Assembly: GCA_937922675.1 (NCBI GenBank) | Contig: CALAJN010000002.1 | Coordinates: forward strand, 153,192-217,191 | Length of the DNA: 64,000 nucleotides | Source of the DNA: an uncultured Granulosicoccaceae bacterium | Lineage (GTDB): Bacteria; Pseudomonadota; Gammaproteobacteria; Granulosicoccales; Granulosicoccaceae | Direction of reading: 5' to 3' | Shown here: positions 44,848-57,545 of the stretch, in pieces | Position numbering within the stretch: position 1 is the stretch's first letter | Layout of the letters: the number at the start of each line of letters is the position of its first letter | Translations under genes and position numbers: made by a program | The notes under the pieces: model-generated | What the model saw: only the letters and a program-made list of their open reading frames with translations | Told to the model about the DNA's origin: nothing | Database searches by the model: none

Positions 44848-45085
44848 GGCGTGCTCCTTGGGGTATGAGCTGCATTGTGATTGTCTGCACTGAACGCTCA
44901 CTGAACTGGCGTGAGCCGCGAGTGCGGGCCGCGTCTCAATCCTGTGAAATCAACCCCACATTGACACAGGAGCCCGGTGCGGCCAATATTGAGAGGTAGT
45001 GCGCGTTTCGGATCTTACCTGCGAGCATAATGCGAGGCACAGGATCCGAGGCACCCGACACCCATACAGCAAGGATAATAAGAAT

Positions 45086-45334
45086 ATGGCGAAAGGGCAG
45101 TCTCTTCAGGAGCCTTTCCTGAATACCCTGCGCAAAGAGCGTATCCCGGTAGCCATCTATCTGGTCAACGGCATCAAACTGCAGGGTCAGATAGAGTCCT
45201 TTGACCAATTTGTGGTGCTCTTAAAGAACACGGTCAGCCAGATGGTCTACAAGCACGCCATTTCCACGGTGGTGCCAAGTAGACCAGTGAAGGTGGCTCT
45301 GCCGACCGATGACGACCCGGCCCCGGCGGAGTAA
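45086..45334 (+). CDS. hfq: RNA chaperone Hfq
   Basis: [68 protein letters not shown]. Confidence 0.97.
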   Translation: MAKGQSLQEPFLNTLRKERIPVAIYLVNGIKLQGQIESFDQFVVLLKNTVSQMVYKHAISTVVPSRPVKVALPTDDDPAPAE

Positions 45335-45345
45335 GTCGAGCTCTA

Positions 45346-46683
45346 TTGTTTGACAGACCCGACACCGGGCATCGTGCGCTGCTTGTGCACGTCGCCATCC
45401 AGCAGGGTCGTGGGCAGGATGGCACGCCAACCGACATCGATGCGGATCGAGCGGAGTTCGTTGAGCTAGGGCGCTCGGCAGGGCTCGAGGTGGTTGACCT
45501 GATCACGGCTACACGACAGCGACCAACGGCGCGACATTTTATCGGCACTGGCAAGATCGAGGAGTTGCGCACCGCATTGCAGGCGTTCGACGAGCCTGTC
45601 GATGTGCTGCTGTTTGGTCAGAGGCTTTCACCCAGCCAGGAGAGAAACCTCGAGGCAGAGCTTAAAGTCCGCGTGCTTGACCGCAACAGCCTGATTCTCG
45701 ACATCTTCGCTCAGAGAGCGCGCACCTTCGAGGGCAAGCTGCAGGTGGAGCTTGCCCAATTGGTACACCTGTCGACCCGTTTGGTTCGAGGCTGGACACA
45801 TCTTGAACGACAAAAAGGCGGCATCGGACTCAGAGGGCCCGGTGAGACCCAGCTCGAGACCGACCGGCGATTGCTGGGAGAGCGCGTGCGCGTCATTCGC
45901 AAACGCCTCGAGAAAGTGCGCCGCCAGCGAGAGCAGGGGCGCAGCCAGCGGGGTAAGTCCGGTATCGCAACGGTTGCTCTGGTCGGCTATACCAACGCAG
46001 GCAAGTCAACGCTGTTCAATCGATTGACAGATGCTCGCATCTACGCGGCCGATCAGCTCTTTGCGACTCTTGATCCGACGCTGCGGCGCCTGGATTTGCC
46101 CGGTGGGACCTCATTGGTTTTGGCCGACACGGTTGGATTTATAAGAGACCTCCCCCATGAACTAGTGGAGGCGTTCAGATCCACGCTGATTGAAACCCGG
46201 GAAGCCGATTTGCTCTTGCATGTCGTAGATGACAGTGATGATGAGCGCGAACAGCGACGGGATGACGTTGATCGTGTGCTGCTGGGCATCGGCGCGGATG
46301 AGGTCCCGCAGTTGATGGTATTCAACAAGATTGATCGGTCCGGGCGCGATCCGGGTGTGGATCGGGAAGACACCGGGCGGGTGAAGGCGGCGCGGGTGTC
46401 GGCTCTGGATGGCGCAGGAATCGAAGCTCTGGCGGAGGCCATTACCGAGCGCCTGAGTCTTGGGCGGTCCTCGGGCTGGCTGAGTGTTGCGCCTTCGGAT
46501 GGACGATTGCGGGCCAGATTGTTTTCCGCGGATGCCGTTTTGGAGGAGCGATTCGGGGACAATGGCGGGTCGTGCCTGAAGATCGACATGGATTCGGTTG
46601 AGTTTGCGCGAATTGCGCGTGAACATCGTATAAGTGACACACTGGAAGACGACCCCGCGCTTGTGCAAAGTGGCGGGACATGA
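45346..46683 (+). CDS. hflX: GTPase HflX
   Basis: TTG start giving MFDRPDTGHRALLVHV. G motifs GYTNAGKST and DTVGF, with NKID-type NKIDRS. Confidence 0.95.
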   Translation: MFDRPDTGHRALLVHVAIQQGRGQDGTPTDIDADRAEFVELGRSAGLEVVDLITATRQRPTARHFIGTGKIEELRTALQAFDEPVDVLLFGQRLSPSQERNLEAELKVRVLDRNSLILDIFAQRARTFEGKLQVELAQLVHLSTRLVRGWTHLERQKGGIGLRGPGETQLETDRRLLGERVRVIRKRLEKVRRQREQGRSQRGKSGIATVALVGYTNAGKSTLFNRLTDARIYAADQLFATLDPTLRRLDLPGGTSLVLADTVGFIRDLPHELVEAFRSTLIETREADLLLHVVDDSDDEREQRRDDVDRVLLGIGADEVPQLMVFNKIDRSGRDPGVDREDTGRVKAARVSALDGAGIEALAEAITERLSLGRSSGWLSVAPSDGRLRARLFSADAVLEERFGDNGGSCLKIDMDSVEFARIAREHRISDTLEDDPALVQSGGT

Positions 46684-46730
46684 ATACAATTTACGGTTCG
46701 GCTGAACCGGCTGTGGAGTAGATACCGAAT

Positions 46731-47942
46731 ATGGCCTGGAACGAGCCTGGCGGAAACGACAACGATCCGTGGGGCAACCGCAAAAATAGCGGTGGACCAC
46801 CTGACCTCGACGAGGTCTTCAAAAACGTCCGTGGCAAGATTGATGGGCTCTTCGGTAAGAAGGGGCCCAGGCAATCGGGCGGCGGCAGCAATGGCGGCGG
46901 CTCATCCGGTTTCCCGGGCGGCTCCCTGGGGTCGAAGGGAATCGGGGTAGTCGCAGCCATACTTGGCGCACTCTGGCTGCTTTCGGGCATCTACATCGTC
47001 GAGCCTGCAGAGGCCGGTGTAGTCACACAGTTTGGGCGGCATGTGCAGACCACGCGCGCCGGCCCACATTGGCACATCCCGTACCCGATCCAATCGGTTG
47101 AGACCATCAACGTGCAGGAGGTGCGTACGGCCACCATGCCCGACCAGCTGATTCTCACGCAGGACGAGAATCTGGCGGACATCAAGGTGACCGTCCAGTA
47201 TGTGATCAGCAGTGCGGAGAACTACCTGTTCAACGTGCGCGGTCCGGATGAGACTCTCAACCAGGTCATGGAGAGTGCCCTGCGTGAGGTGATTGGTCAG
47301 ACTGACCTTGAAGCGGTATTGACCGAAGGACGAGACCTGGTACCCAGTGTGACGCGCGACGAGATGCAAACTGTGCTCGATTCTTACAATGCGGGTATCG
47401 CAATCACGTCGGTTAACTTCGAAAAGGGTCAGCCACCGGCTGAAGTTCAGGCGGCGTTCTCGGACGTGATCAAGGCGCGAGAGGATCGCGAGCGCTTTAT
47501 CAACGAAGCCCAGGGTTACAGCAACGAGATCGTGCCGCAGGCACGTGGTGACGCGCAGCGCATCATCGAAGAGGCGCAGGCGTACCGCACACGCGTTGAG
47601 CAGGCCGCTATTGGTGAGTCGCAGCGTTTCCTCTCGCTGCTCACCGAGTTTGAAAAAGCCCCTGAAGTGACCCGCGAGCGGCTGTATATCGAGGCCATGG
47701 AAACCGTGCTTGGCAACAGCAACAAGGTGCTGATCGATTCCGGCGATGGCGGCGGCAACAGCCTGATGTACCTGCCTATCGACAAGCTGATCGAGCAGGG
47801 TGGTAATCGTCAGAACACAACGACAGGAAACGCCTTGTCCAGCAGCAGCAACGACTCGCCGCGATTCTCGGATCTGCCAAGCCGCGTCGAGCAAGTCACG
47901 CGCGATACCGGCCGTAGTCGCGCACGAGGGACCCTGCAATGA
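46731..47942 (+). CDS. hflK: FtsH protease modulator HflK
   Basis: MAWNEPGGNDNDPWG...GPPDLDEVF, followed by a TM segment and an SPFH domain. Confidence 0.95.
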   Translation: MAWNEPGGNDNDPWGNRKNSGGPPDLDEVFKNVRGKIDGLFGKKGPRQSGGGSNGGGSSGFPGGSLGSKGIGVVAAILGALWLLSGIYIVEPAEAGVVTQFGRHVQTTRAGPHWHIPYPIQSVETINVQEVRTATMPDQLILTQDENLADIKVTVQYVISSAENYLFNVRGPDETLNQVMESALREVIGQTDLEAVLTEGRDLVPSVTRDEMQTVLDSYNAGIAITSVNFEKGQPPAEVQAAFSDVIKAREDRERFINEAQGYSNEIVPQARGDAQRIIEEAQAYRTRVEQAAIGESQRFLSLLTEFEKAPEVTRERLYIEAMETVLGNSNKVLIDSGDGGGNSLMYLPIDKLIEQGGNRQNTTTGNALSSSSNDSPRFSDLPSRVEQVTRDTGRSRARGTLQ

Positions 47943-48823
47943 AACGCCTTACACACCCGGCCAGCTTGCTTGCGATTGCCGTTGGCTTGCTGGTCTTGAG
48001 TTCATCGATCTTTACCGTGAACGAGCGCGAGAAGGCGATCAAGCTGTTTCTCGGTAATATCGCCCGCTCTGATTATGAGCCAGGCTTGCACTTCAAGATA
48101 CCGTTCCTGCAGCGGGTGATCAAATTTGATCAGCGTCTTTTGACGATGGACGTACCGCCTGAGCCTGTTCTCACCAGCGAAGAGAAGAACGTTATCGTTG
48201 ATGTGTTCGTCAAGTGGCGTATCGAGAATCCCGAATTGTTCTACACCTCGGTGAGCGGTAGCGAGCAATTTGCCAACAATCGTCTGGCGCAATTCGCACG
48301 TGAGAGTCTGCGAAACGCTTTCGGTAAGCTCACCATTCGCGAGGTCGTGTCGTCTGCAAGATCCAGTCTGCGCGAGGCCATCAGAGAACCTGTCGATGCC
48401 CAGGCAGAGAGTCTCGGCATTGAAGTGGTCGACATGCGGGTCAAGAAGGTAGAGCTGCCCGAGGACGTGCGCGACTCGGTCTACCAGAGAATGGAGGTTG
48501 ACCGCGAAAAAATCGCTCGTGAAATCAGATCGCAAGGGGCGGAGAGTGCTCAGCGAATCCGCGCGGCGGCAGACAGGATTCGGGAGGAGACGCTTGCAAC
48601 GGCGTATGCCGAAGCTGAGCAGACGCGCGGTACAGGCGACGGTGAGTCTGCTCGTATCTATGCCGAGGCCTACACCCAGGATCCTGACTTCTACGGGTTA
48701 TACCGTTCCTTGAGTGCCTATCGGAGTGCCTTCAGTGGCAACAATGATGTACTGCTGCTCAATCCGGATTCCGAGTTCTTTCGCTACTTCAACGGCTCTG
48801 CCGGCACAGCACCCGGTCAGTAG
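47939..48823 (+). CDS. hflC: FtsH protease modulator HflC
   Basis: ATGA overlap with hflK. N-terminal TM segment followed by an SPFH domain. Confidence 0.95.
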   Translation: MKRLTHPASLLAIAVGLLVLSSSIFTVNEREKAIKLFLGNIARSDYEPGLHFKIPFLQRVIKFDQRLLTMDVPPEPVLTSEEKNVIVDVFVKWRIENPELFYTSVSGSEQFANNRLAQFARESLRNAFGKLTIREVVSSARSSLREAIREPVDAQAESLGIEVVDMRVKKVELPEDVRDSVYQRMEVDREKIAREIRSQGAESAQRIRAAADRIREETLATAYAEAEQTRGTGDGESARIYAEAYTQDPDFYGLYRSLSAYRSAFSGNNDVLLLNPDSEFFRYFNGSAGTAPGQ

Positions 48824-48856
48824 ATCGTGCGCCGACGTCAGCACAATTTGCCGTAG

Positions 48857-49042
48857 ATGTGGACCGAGATACTGACCGCAGTGGCCCTCGTGCTCGTTAT
48901 CGAGGGCTTGCTGCCGTGTATCAATCCCGGTGGCTGGAAGCAGGCCATGCGGCAATTGCTTGAGACCGACGAGGACCGCCTGCGTTGGTTTGGTCTCGGC
49001 AGCATGATCACGGGCGCTCTGCTGCTAGCGATTATTCACTAG
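48857..49042 (+). CDS. DUF2065-like small membrane protein
   Basis: 61-aa, two-TM ORF (ALVLVIEGLLPCINPGGWK) in the conserved slot between hflC and hisZ. Confidence 0.7.
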   Translation: MWTEILTAVALVLVIEGLLPCINPGGWKQAMRQLLETDEDRLRWFGLGSMITGALLLAIIH

Positions 49043-49065
49043 CCGGCCCGCCGAGATACCGCCTG

Positions 49066-50289
49066 ATGAACGTGTCGCCATCCGAACCCTGGCGTCTACC
49101 CGATGGGGTGGACGAGTTGTTGCCGCCGGTTGTGCGGCGGGTCGAGGCGTTGCGCCAAGCGTTTCTTGCGCTCGGATCGCGCTGGGGTTTCGAGCCGGTT
49201 TCACCGCCGCTGATCGAATCACTTGATGGCTTGCTCACAGGCACCGGAGAGGTCATGCAACGCGAGACCTTTCAGATCGTCGATCAGGTAGATGGACGAA
49301 CCCTTGGGATTCGTGCAGATATGACGCCGCAGGTAGCACGCATGGATGCCCATGCTCTCGCCAGTGAACAACCCAACCGACTGCTGTACACCGGGACAGT
49401 GCTCAAGGCGCGCGCTGACGGAATTGGTGCGAGTCGTAACCCGCAGCAATTTGGTGCCGAGCTGTTCGGTCATGGCGGATCCGAAAGTGATATCGAGTTG
49501 CTTCGCTTGATGCTCGAGACAACGCTGTTGACCGGAGTGGCTTCCGAGCAGCTGGTTCTCGATCTGGGGCATGTCGGTATCTATGCAGGTCTTGTCGGCC
49601 AGGCGCAACTTGGGGCGAGGGATGAGTCCTTGCTGTTTGATGCCATGGTGCGCGGCTCGCTGCCGGATGTTCAGCAGCTGCTCACAGGCTTGGCACAGGT
49701 TGCGCCTGGCGTAGCCAAGGCGCGCAAGGCTTTGTTGTCCCTGCCAGAGCTGCGCGGTGAGCCCGTGGTGCTCGCACAGGCGCGCGAGATCGCTGGTGGC
49801 ATTGATGCGCGGGTCGACGAAGCGCTTGATCGGCTAGACACGGTCGTTGCAGCGGTGGCGTTGACTCATCCCGGTGTCAGGCAGCACATAGATTTGTGCG
49901 AGTTGCGCGGATTTCGATATCACACCGGTCTACTCTTTGCGGTTCACGATTCACGCGGCCAGCAGCTGGCGCGAGGCGGGCGCTACGATGCGATAGGAGA
50001 GGCCTTCGGAAGCGCCCGCGCTGCCACCGGATTCAGCGGTGATTTGAAGAGTCTTTCAGAATTGGTGCAAGACGATGACGCTGAACAGATGCCACAAACC
50101 GGCATCAGTGCCGCTGATCTCGAGAAGCCCGGTGCCTGGGAAACGGTTGCTCGACTGCGCTCTGAAGGTCAGTCAGTTGTGACGCTGTTACCAGAAGCAC
50201 GACAGCCTGATGCTGTTACCGCCTACCTCGTGCAGGATAGCGGGCAGTGGATCGTTCGCCCGGCGGGTGACCCGGACTCCGCGCGCTAG
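49066..50289 (+). CDS. hisZ: ATP phosphoribosyltransferase regulatory subunit HisZ
   Basis: ATG 49066. WRLPDGVDELLPP..., an HisRS-like core without an anticodon domain. It lies upstream of purA. Confidence 0.85.
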   Translation: MNVSPSEPWRLPDGVDELLPPVVRRVEALRQAFLALGSRWGFEPVSPPLIESLDGLLTGTGEVMQRETFQIVDQVDGRTLGIRADMTPQVARMDAHALASEQPNRLLYTGTVLKARADGIGASRNPQQFGAELFGHGGSESDIELLRLMLETTLLTGVASEQLVLDLGHVGIYAGLVGQAQLGARDESLLFDAMVRGSLPDVQQLLTGLAQVAPGVAKARKALLSLPELRGEPVVLAQAREIAGGIDARVDEALDRLDTVVAAVALTHPGVRQHIDLCELRGFRYHTGLLFAVHDSRGQQLARGGRYDAIGEAFGSARAATGFSGDLKSLSELVQDDDAEQMPQTGISAADLEKPGAWETVARLRSEGQSVVTLLPEARQPDAVTAYLVQDSGQWIVRPAGDPDSAR

Positions 50290-51684
<1,395 letters not shown>

Positions 51685-51707
51685 CGCAGGGGACCTGCAA
51701 GCCTGCG

Positions 51708-51794
<87 letters not shown>

Positions 51795-52039
51795 ATGAGG
51801 TGTAATTCTATCTACAAGCAGCACGAGACATCACTCATCGCCAGATCGGGCCGTGCCACCAGATCCGGCGAGCGCGCAATGTACCCAAGTGGGTTCGCGT
51901 CTGTCAACCGCCAAATTGTTTTGGTCCTCACCGGCCTTGATGGCGGGCAGCGGCTTTTGCGCCGGTGCACTATCTTCCTAACTCAGGTCACGCCTCGGGT
52001 CATGCCTCGGGCAGCGCTTTTCCGGACATATTTATCGTA

Positions 52040-54892
52040 ATGAGTGCACGAAAGCGTAACCGCTCCAAAGAACGTGACGTCACGACTGAAGATCCGAACC
52101 GCGCAAAGGAAAGCGCCCGCTATGAATCACCGATAGCCAGTCGTGATTTCATCATCACGACCTTGCGAGCGGTCAAGGCGCCCATGGACCTGGCTGCATT
52201 GGCGCGCAAACTGTCGATTGGCGATGACGATGGCCGTGAGGCTCTGCGTCGACGCGTCGGCGCCATGCTGCGCGACGGCCAACTGATCCAGAACCGCAAG
52301 CGTGAGCTTGTGCCGGTCGACGCCGATGCGCTGGTTGCCGGGCGCATAAGTGCTCACAAGGACGGTTTTGGTTTTCTCGTGCCCGACGAGGGTGGCGATG
52401 ATGTGTACCTGAGTGCTCGGCAGATGCGTCAGGTTTTACATGGCGACCGCGTTGTTGGTTCTGTCACTGGCACAGACCGACGTGGCAGGCGCGAAGGGCG
52501 CATCGTTGAGGTGGTGGAGCGTGCTAACAAGTCACTGGTCGGTCGCTTGGTCATCGAGGGTGGTGTGCCCTTCGTGTCTCCTGACAACAAGCGCTTGCAT
52601 CAGGACTTGATGCTTCCAGCCGATGCGATCGGCGGTGCCGTTGCGGGCGATATCGTGGTCGCAGAAATTGTTGAACAGCCAAGCTTTCGCCAGCCGCCTG
52701 TGGGGCGTGTGGTTGAAGTGCTGGGAGCACACTTGCAACCCGGTATGGAAATCGACGTGGCCTTGCGATCTCACGGCATCCCGACAGAGTGGCCAGAGGA
52801 AGTTGCAGCAGAAGCGGCTGCCTTGTCGACCGAAGTCGAAGAGCACGCCAAGCGTGGCAGGCATGATGTGCGCGATCTGCCTCTGATTACCATTGACGGG
52901 GCCGATGCTCGAGACTTTGATGATGCGGTGTGGTGTGAAGAAGACGAGACCGGCTGGCGTCTGCTCGTTGCCATTGCCGATGTTGCCCACTATGTGACCC
53001 CTGACAGTCCTCTCGACAAGCAGGCCCTGGAACGAGGCACATCGGTGTACTTTCCAGGGCGCGTGGTGCCTATGCTCCCTGAGGTTCTCTCCAACGGGTT
53101 GTGTTCACTGAACCCGGAGGTGGACAGACTATGCATGCTATGCGAGTTGACGATAAGCAAGCGTGGCACCTTGCAACGGGCGCGGTTTCACAATGGCCTC
53201 ATGCGCTCACATGCCCGCCTGACCTACGACCAGGTCAACGAGATGCTGACGCAAACAGCGTCGCCACTGCGCCAGCAGTATCAGTCTCTGGTGCCAATGA
53301 TCGAGCAGTTGCACGCACTCTACAGAGCGCTGGCGGTGACACGCGCCAAGCGTGGAGCGATCGAGTTTGACTCCAATGAGACACGTATCGTCTTCGATGA
53401 AAACCAGAAGATCAGGGAGCTGGTTCCAGTCGTCAGAAACGATGCCCACAAGCTCATTGAGGAATGCATGATTCTCGCAAACATTGCGGCCGCAGCCTTG
53501 CTCGAGAAGCATGAGATGCCAGCCTTGTATCGTGTGCATGCAGGACCAAAACCTGATCGGCTTGAGGATCTGCGAGGATTTCTTGCCTTGCAGGGTCTGA
53601 GCCTCGGCGGAGGTGATTCACCAGGCGCACTCGACTATGCCGCTTTGGCAAGTCAGATCGAGGGCAGGGCTGACCGGCATGTTATCCAGACCGTGATGTT
53701 GCGTTCTATGCAACAGGCGGTATATCAGCCGCGCAACGAGGGGCACTTCGGGCTGGCGTTGGAGCAGTATGCGCATTTCACCTCACCCATACGCCGCTAT
53801 CCGGACCTGTTGGTGCATCGTGGCATCAAGCACATTCTGTCGCGTGCGCCTGTTGCAGATTATCGCTACAGCTCATCTCGGATGCAGAGCCTTGGTGAGA
53901 GTTGTTCATCAACCGAGCGTCGTGCTGAAGAGGCGTCTCGTGATGTGGTTGCCTGGCTCAAGTGTGAGTATATGCTGGAGCACATCGGTAGTGAGTTTGC
54001 CGGTGTGATTTCAGCGGTGACCTCGTTTGGCTTGTTTGTTGAGCTCGATGGTGTGCATGTCGAAGGTCTGATTCATGTCACCAATCTTGCCCATGATTTT
54101 TATCGCTTTGACGTGGCTGCTCATTGCTTGATTGGCGAGCGCACTGGAAAACGCTACCGCCTGGGTGATGCCATGAAGGTGAGCGTGCAGGCCGTCAACC
54201 TTGATGATCGCAAGATCGATTTTGCTGAGGTTGAGCATCAGCCAAGCGGAAAAGCTGCGCACGTAAACGCTGGTAGAGGCAGTGGCAAGGACAAAGGCAA
54301 GAACAAGCACAAGGGTCGGAGCAAAGGTGATGCAACACGCGAGGAGCAAGAGCAGCTCAAGCGTAGTGATCGCTCTGTCAGAAAGCCGAAAGGCAAACGA
54401 AAGAACAAGGCCAACCCAAGAACCGAAGACCATCGCACACTGGCTCGTGCTGAAAAGCAATTGGCGGCCACCAGTGTTGCCGCAGAGATCTCCCACGCGC
54501 CTGTGAACGATGAGAATGATGCACAGACTTCCACCGGGTCGGTTGAGTCGATAACGTATACGGAAACCAGCGCTGCAAAGAAGACCGCCGCAAAGAAGAC
54601 CGCTGCAAAGAAGACCGCTGCAAAGAAGACCGCTGCAAAGAAGACCGCTGCAAAGAAGACCGCTGCAAAGAAGACCGCTGCAAAGAAGACCGCTGCAAAG
54701 AAGACCGCTGCAAAGAAGACCGCTGCAAAGAAGACCGCCGCAAAGAAGACCGCCGCAAAGAAGACCGCTGCAAAGAAGACCGCCGCTAAGAAGACCGCCG
54801 CAAAGAAGACCGCTGCAAAGAAGACGGCCGCCAAGAAAAAATCGTCAACCTCAAGACAAGATGAGGGGCGGGACGAGGGCCGTAGCGAGTGA
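52040..54892 (+). CDS. rnr: ribonuclease R with repetitive lysine-rich C-terminal tail
   Basis: ATG 52040. RNB-domain motifs ([41 protein letters not shown]), an S1 domain, and then a basic tail that includes (AAKKT)17. Confidence 0.93.
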   Translation: MSARKRNRSKERDVTTEDPNRAKESARYESPIASRDFIITTLRAVKAPMDLAALARKLSIGDDDGREALRRRVGAMLRDGQLIQNRKRELVPVDADALVAGRISAHKDGFGFLVPDEGGDDVYLSARQMRQVLHGDRVVGSVTGTDRRGRREGRIVEVVERANKSLVGRLVIEGGVPFVSPDNKRLHQDLMLPADAIGGAVAGDIVVAEIVEQPSFRQPPVGRVVEVLGAHLQPGMEIDVALRSHGIPTEWPEEVAAEAAALSTEVEEHAKRGRHDVRDLPLITIDGADARDFDDAVWCEEDETGWRLLVAIADVAHYVTPDSPLDKQALERGTSVYFPGRVVPMLPEVLSNGLCSLNPEVDRLCMLCELTISKRGTLQRARFHNGLMRSHARLTYDQVNEMLTQTASPLRQQYQSLVPMIEQLHALYRALAVTRAKRGAIEFDSNETRIVFDENQKIRELVPVVRNDAHKLIEECMILANIAAAALLEKHEMPALYRVHAGPKPDRLEDLRGFLALQGLSLGGGDSPGALDYAALASQIEGRADRHVIQTVMLRSMQQAVYQPRNEGHFGLALEQYAHFTSPIRRYPDLLVHRGIKHILSRAPVADYRYSSSRMQSLGESCSSTERRAEEASRDVVAWLKCEYMLEHIGSEFAGVISAVTSFGLFVELDGVHVEGLIHVTNLAHDFYRFDVAAHCLIGERTGKRYRLGDAMKVSVQAVNLDDRKIDFAEVEHQPSGKAAHVNAGRGSGKDKGKNKHKGRSKGDATREEQEQLKRSDRSVRKPKGKRKNKANPRTEDHRTLARAEKQLAATSVAAEISHAPVNDENDAQTSTGSVESITYTETSAAKKTAAKKTAAKKTAAKKTAAKKTAAKKTAAKKTAAKKTAAKKTAAKKTAAKKTAAKKTAAKKTAAKKTAAKKTAAKKTAAKKTAAKKKSSTSRQDEGRDEGRSE
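54572..54841 (+). repeat. 15-bp tandem repeat, ~18 copies (gc[t/c]gcaaagaagacc), in frame within rnr
   Basis: Counted directly. There are 17 units encoding AAKKT plus one degenerate AAKKK unit. Among the first 16 units nearly all differences are the synonymous gct/gcc change; unit 15 also has gct for gca, unit 17 ends acg, and unit 18 is degenerate. Confidence 0.95.
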
Positions 54893-55668
54893 GCGAAACC
54901 AGTTCAGGCAGCATGCCGGATGCGGCCAGACTGGTGGGCGGGATGCATGCTGTCGGTGCTCTGTTGCAGTCACGTCCGGGTGATATCGAGCTGCTGCATT
55001 ATGCCGAGCGTCGGCGTGATGCTCGCATGACAGAGCTACTTGACGCTGCCAGGGCGGCAGGTGTTTCGTGTCAGTCGAGTGATCGGGGTGGCATTGCGCG
55101 GCTTGCTGAAGCTGCAGGGCTGACCGCTCATCAGGGAGTTATCGCGGAGTTGCGGTCTGCTATTGGAGGCCCAAGGCGCGATGGACTCATCGAGCATGTT
55201 GAAAAGTCGCAAGGTCCTGCCCTGGTGCTGGTTCTGGATGAGATTCAGGATCCGCATAATTTTGGAGCTTGCTTGCGCAGTGCCGAGGCCGCAGGTGTCA
55301 CGGCGGTAGTCACGACCACTGACAACAGTGTTGGGGTAACCCCGATAGTGCGCAAGGTGGCCGCTGGCGCGGTTGAGACCATTGACTGGTTTCGTGTGCC
55401 GAATCTGGCCCGGGCTCTGGATGATCTCAAGGCAGCGGGCGTCTGGGTTCATGGGGCTGCCGGTGAGGCCCGGACTGCACACTTCGAGCTTGATCTTGCA
55501 GGTCCTGTGGCATTGGTCATGGGCGCAGAGGGCAGGGGGCTCAGGCGCTTGACCCGCGAGCGCTGTGATTCGCTGTTTGCCATCCCGATGCTTGGTCAGA
55601 TGGAGAGCCTCAATGTGTCGGTTGCCACCGGGATAGCCTTGTTCGAGGCCAGACGTCAGCGCTCCTAG
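54889..55668 (+). CDS. rlmB: 23S rRNA (guanosine-2'-O)-methyltransferase RlmB (SpoU/TrmH family)
   Basis: The GTG start overlaps the rnr stop. SpoU motifs [34 protein letters not shown] and [15 protein letters not shown]. Confidence 0.85.
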   Translation: MSETSSGSMPDAARLVGGMHAVGALLQSRPGDIELLHYAERRRDARMTELLDAARAAGVSCQSSDRGGIARLAEAAGLTAHQGVIAELRSAIGGPRRDGLIEHVEKSQGPALVLVLDEIQDPHNFGACLRSAEAAGVTAVVTTTDNSVGVTPIVRKVAAGAVETIDWFRVPNLARALDDLKAAGVWVHGAAGEARTAHFELDLAGPVALVMGAEGRGLRRLTRERCDSLFAIPMLGQMESLNVSVATGIALFEARRQRS

Positions 55669-55838
55669 ACGATCAGCTGTAAATCGTCTGTACCGAGCAT
55701 TGTCCTGAAGCCTCAGCTCCGCTAACATAGGCGGGCTGTACCGGGATGACATGCGTCCCCGGAAGCTTTCACTTCCTCGTCCAGTCCGCGATGCCGTTTC
55801 TCGGCCGTCGGGCGGGCGTCAATCCACAGGGAGAACAC

Positions 55839-56261
55839 ATGCGTCACTACGAAATCGTTTTTTTGGTCCATCCGGACCAGTCAGAGCAGGTTCCTGCGAT
55901 GGTCGAGCGTTATCGCGGCATCATCGAGGGCCACGAGGGGGTGGTTCACCGACAGGAAGACTGGGGCCGCCGTCAGCTTGCCTACCCGATCAACAAGATC
56001 TACAAGGCTCACTACACGCTGCTCAATATCGAATGTCCGCAGGTGGCTATCGATGAACTGACCAGTGCATTCAAGTTCAACGACGCCGTCATCCGGCACA
56101 TGGTGCTGCTGATGAATCGCCCGATCACCGAGGCGTCCCCGCTAGTCAAGAAAGAAGAGTCACGCAGTGAGGACAGCGGCAGCCGAAGTGCAGACCACGC
56201 ATCGGACGCTAGTAGCGACGAGGCCGATCTGGCGCCCGTTGTTGAATCCACAGACAGCTGA
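55839..56261 (+). CDS. rpsF: 30S ribosomal protein S6
   Basis: ATG 55839 with AGGGAGA upstream. [18 protein letters not shown]..., followed by an acidic C-terminus. Confidence 0.95.
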   Translation: MRHYEIVFLVHPDQSEQVPAMVERYRGIIEGHEGVVHRQEDWGRRQLAYPINKIYKAHYTLLNIECPQVAIDELTSAFKFNDAVIRHMVLLMNRPITEASPLVKKEESRSEDSGSRSADHASDASSDEADLAPVVESTDS

Positions 56262-56278
56262 TTGAGGGAGACGCCGAC

Positions 56279-56503
56279 ATGTCACGTTACTTTCGCCGCC
56301 GCAAGTACTGCCGTTTCACTGCCGAAGGCATCACCGAGATCGATTACAAGGATCTTGAGTTGCTCAAGGGTTTTGTGACCGAGACGGGCAAGATCGTGCC
56401 CAGCCGCATCACCGGTACCAAGGCTCGGTACCAGCGTCAGCTGGCGACGGCCATCAAGCGGGCTCGCTACATCTCGTTGTTGCCCTACACCGACCAGCAC
56501 TGA
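56279..56503 (+). CDS. rpsR: 30S ribosomal protein S18
   Basis: [74 protein letters not shown]. Confidence 0.97.
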   Translation: MSRYFRRRKYCRFTAEGITEIDYKDLELLKGFVTETGKIVPSRITGTKARYQRQLATAIKRARYISLLPYTDQH

Positions 56504-56594
56504 GCCGACAGGCTCGGAGCCAACCGACAACGGAGCATGGCAGGCCGCGCTTGTGCGGCGTGCCGGCTACCCGAGCGGTTGCGGAGTCGCTCGC

Positions 56595-57503
56595 ATGATC
56601 GTCATTGCTCGACAGGCTGATCGCAGTCCCACCGTTGCCGCGGCGATGGCAGCAGCGCTACAGATTCTTGCGCTGGTGTCATTGCCGGTTATTGGTGTGC
56701 TCGCAATCGTACCGGCGACGCTCAGTGGCTCGGTAGTCGCCTACGTCATTCTCAGACGAGGCTTGGGCGCGTCTGCGCGTGTGCTGCTGTTTGCATTCAT
56801 CGGGCTGGCACTGGTATCCATAGCGATCAGTGGGTCGGCCTTTTCGGTTCCCTTGATGGCCGTCTTCTCGTGGGTGCCAGTCGTTATCGCTGCTGTAGCA
56901 CTGGCGCAAACGTCGAGCCTGTCGTTTTCCGTGTTGGCCACAATGGCAACTTCGATACTGGGTGTGCTTGCTTTTGCACTAATCGTCGGTGATGTCGCTG
57001 CATGGTGGCGGCCGATGCTCGACGCCATGCTCGGTGAGCTGGTCGATCAGCGAGGGGTGGACGTTGAGGCTGCGGATATCTCGGCGGCCAGTGCCCAGGG
57101 GGCTGCCTGGATGACCGGTGCTGCCGGCGTGTCTTTCGCCACCTCGGCCCTCGTCCAGTTGTTCATCGCTCGCCATTGGCAAGCGGTGCAGGTCAACCCG
57201 GGTGGTTTTCGTACCGAGTTTCATGCACTTTCCCTTGGCCGATCAGCGGCTCTGGGGGCCTTGGTGATGATTGCTTTAGCGGCTGTGCTGGGTGCGCCCT
57301 CCTTGCGCGCAATCGCCATGATCGCAGGCGCTGCCTTTTCAATTCAGGGTCTGGCGGTTTTGCATTCCCTGATTGCAACTCGTGGACTTGCGGGCGGATG
57401 GCTGGTAGGTATCTACGCACTCCTGATAATCCCCCAGACATGGCTGCTGCTATCGGCACTTGGTCTGCTCGACAATTACGTACCACTGCGGCGCACTGCG
57501 TAA
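56595..57503 (+). CDS. polytopic membrane protein of unknown function (conserved rpsR-rplI slot)
   Basis: ATG 56595 lies 8 nt after GGAG; the longest ORF begins at GTG 56553. It has at least 7 hydrophobic helices. Pseudomonas-type genomes have a hypothetical membrane protein in the same position. Confidence 0.6.
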   Translation: MIVIARQADRSPTVAAAMAAALQILALVSLPVIGVLAIVPATLSGSVVAYVILRRGLGASARVLLFAFIGLALVSIAISGSAFSVPLMAVFSWVPVVIAAVALAQTSSLSFSVLATMATSILGVLAFALIVGDVAAWWRPMLDAMLGELVDQRGVDVEAADISAASAQGAAWMTGAAGVSFATSALVQLFIARHWQAVQVNPGGFRTEFHALSLGRSAALGALVMIALAAVLGAPSLRAIAMIAGAAFSIQGLAVLHSLIATRGLAGGWLVGIYALLIIPQTWLLLSALGLLDNYVPLRRTA

Positions 57504-57545
57504 TGCGCAACAGGCTCACAATCAACTGATTCCGGAGAACTTCTC

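Noticed and set aside
44902-45085. hfq is not preceded by miaA as in the canonical mutL-miaA-hfq arrangement
   Set aside because: This is a real observation, but it is only a synteny difference and no sequence feature in the spacer explains it. It is mentioned under the GlyGly-CTERM finding instead.
46053-47939. Two long minus-strand ORFs (273 aa and 345 aa) overlapping hflX and hflK
   Set aside because: They are antisense to unambiguous HflX and HflK coding sequences. They have no motifs and an Arg/Ser-rich composition, so they are high-GC artefacts.
54238-54834. Regular 15-bp repeat array considered as a CRISPR array or as a minus-strand (AAVFF)n ORF
   Set aside because: The units are contiguous with no spacers, only 15 bp long, and lie in frame inside rnr. 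The antisense ORFs exist only because the repeat lacks stops. This is a coding tandem repeat, not a CRISPR array.
55669-55838. Possible rpsF (S6:S18-binding) leader structure upstream of rpsF
   Set aside because: A small hairpin (CCGGG-N12-CCCGG) is present, but I cannot verify the conserved leader motif by eye. An Rfam scan is needed, so no feature was called.
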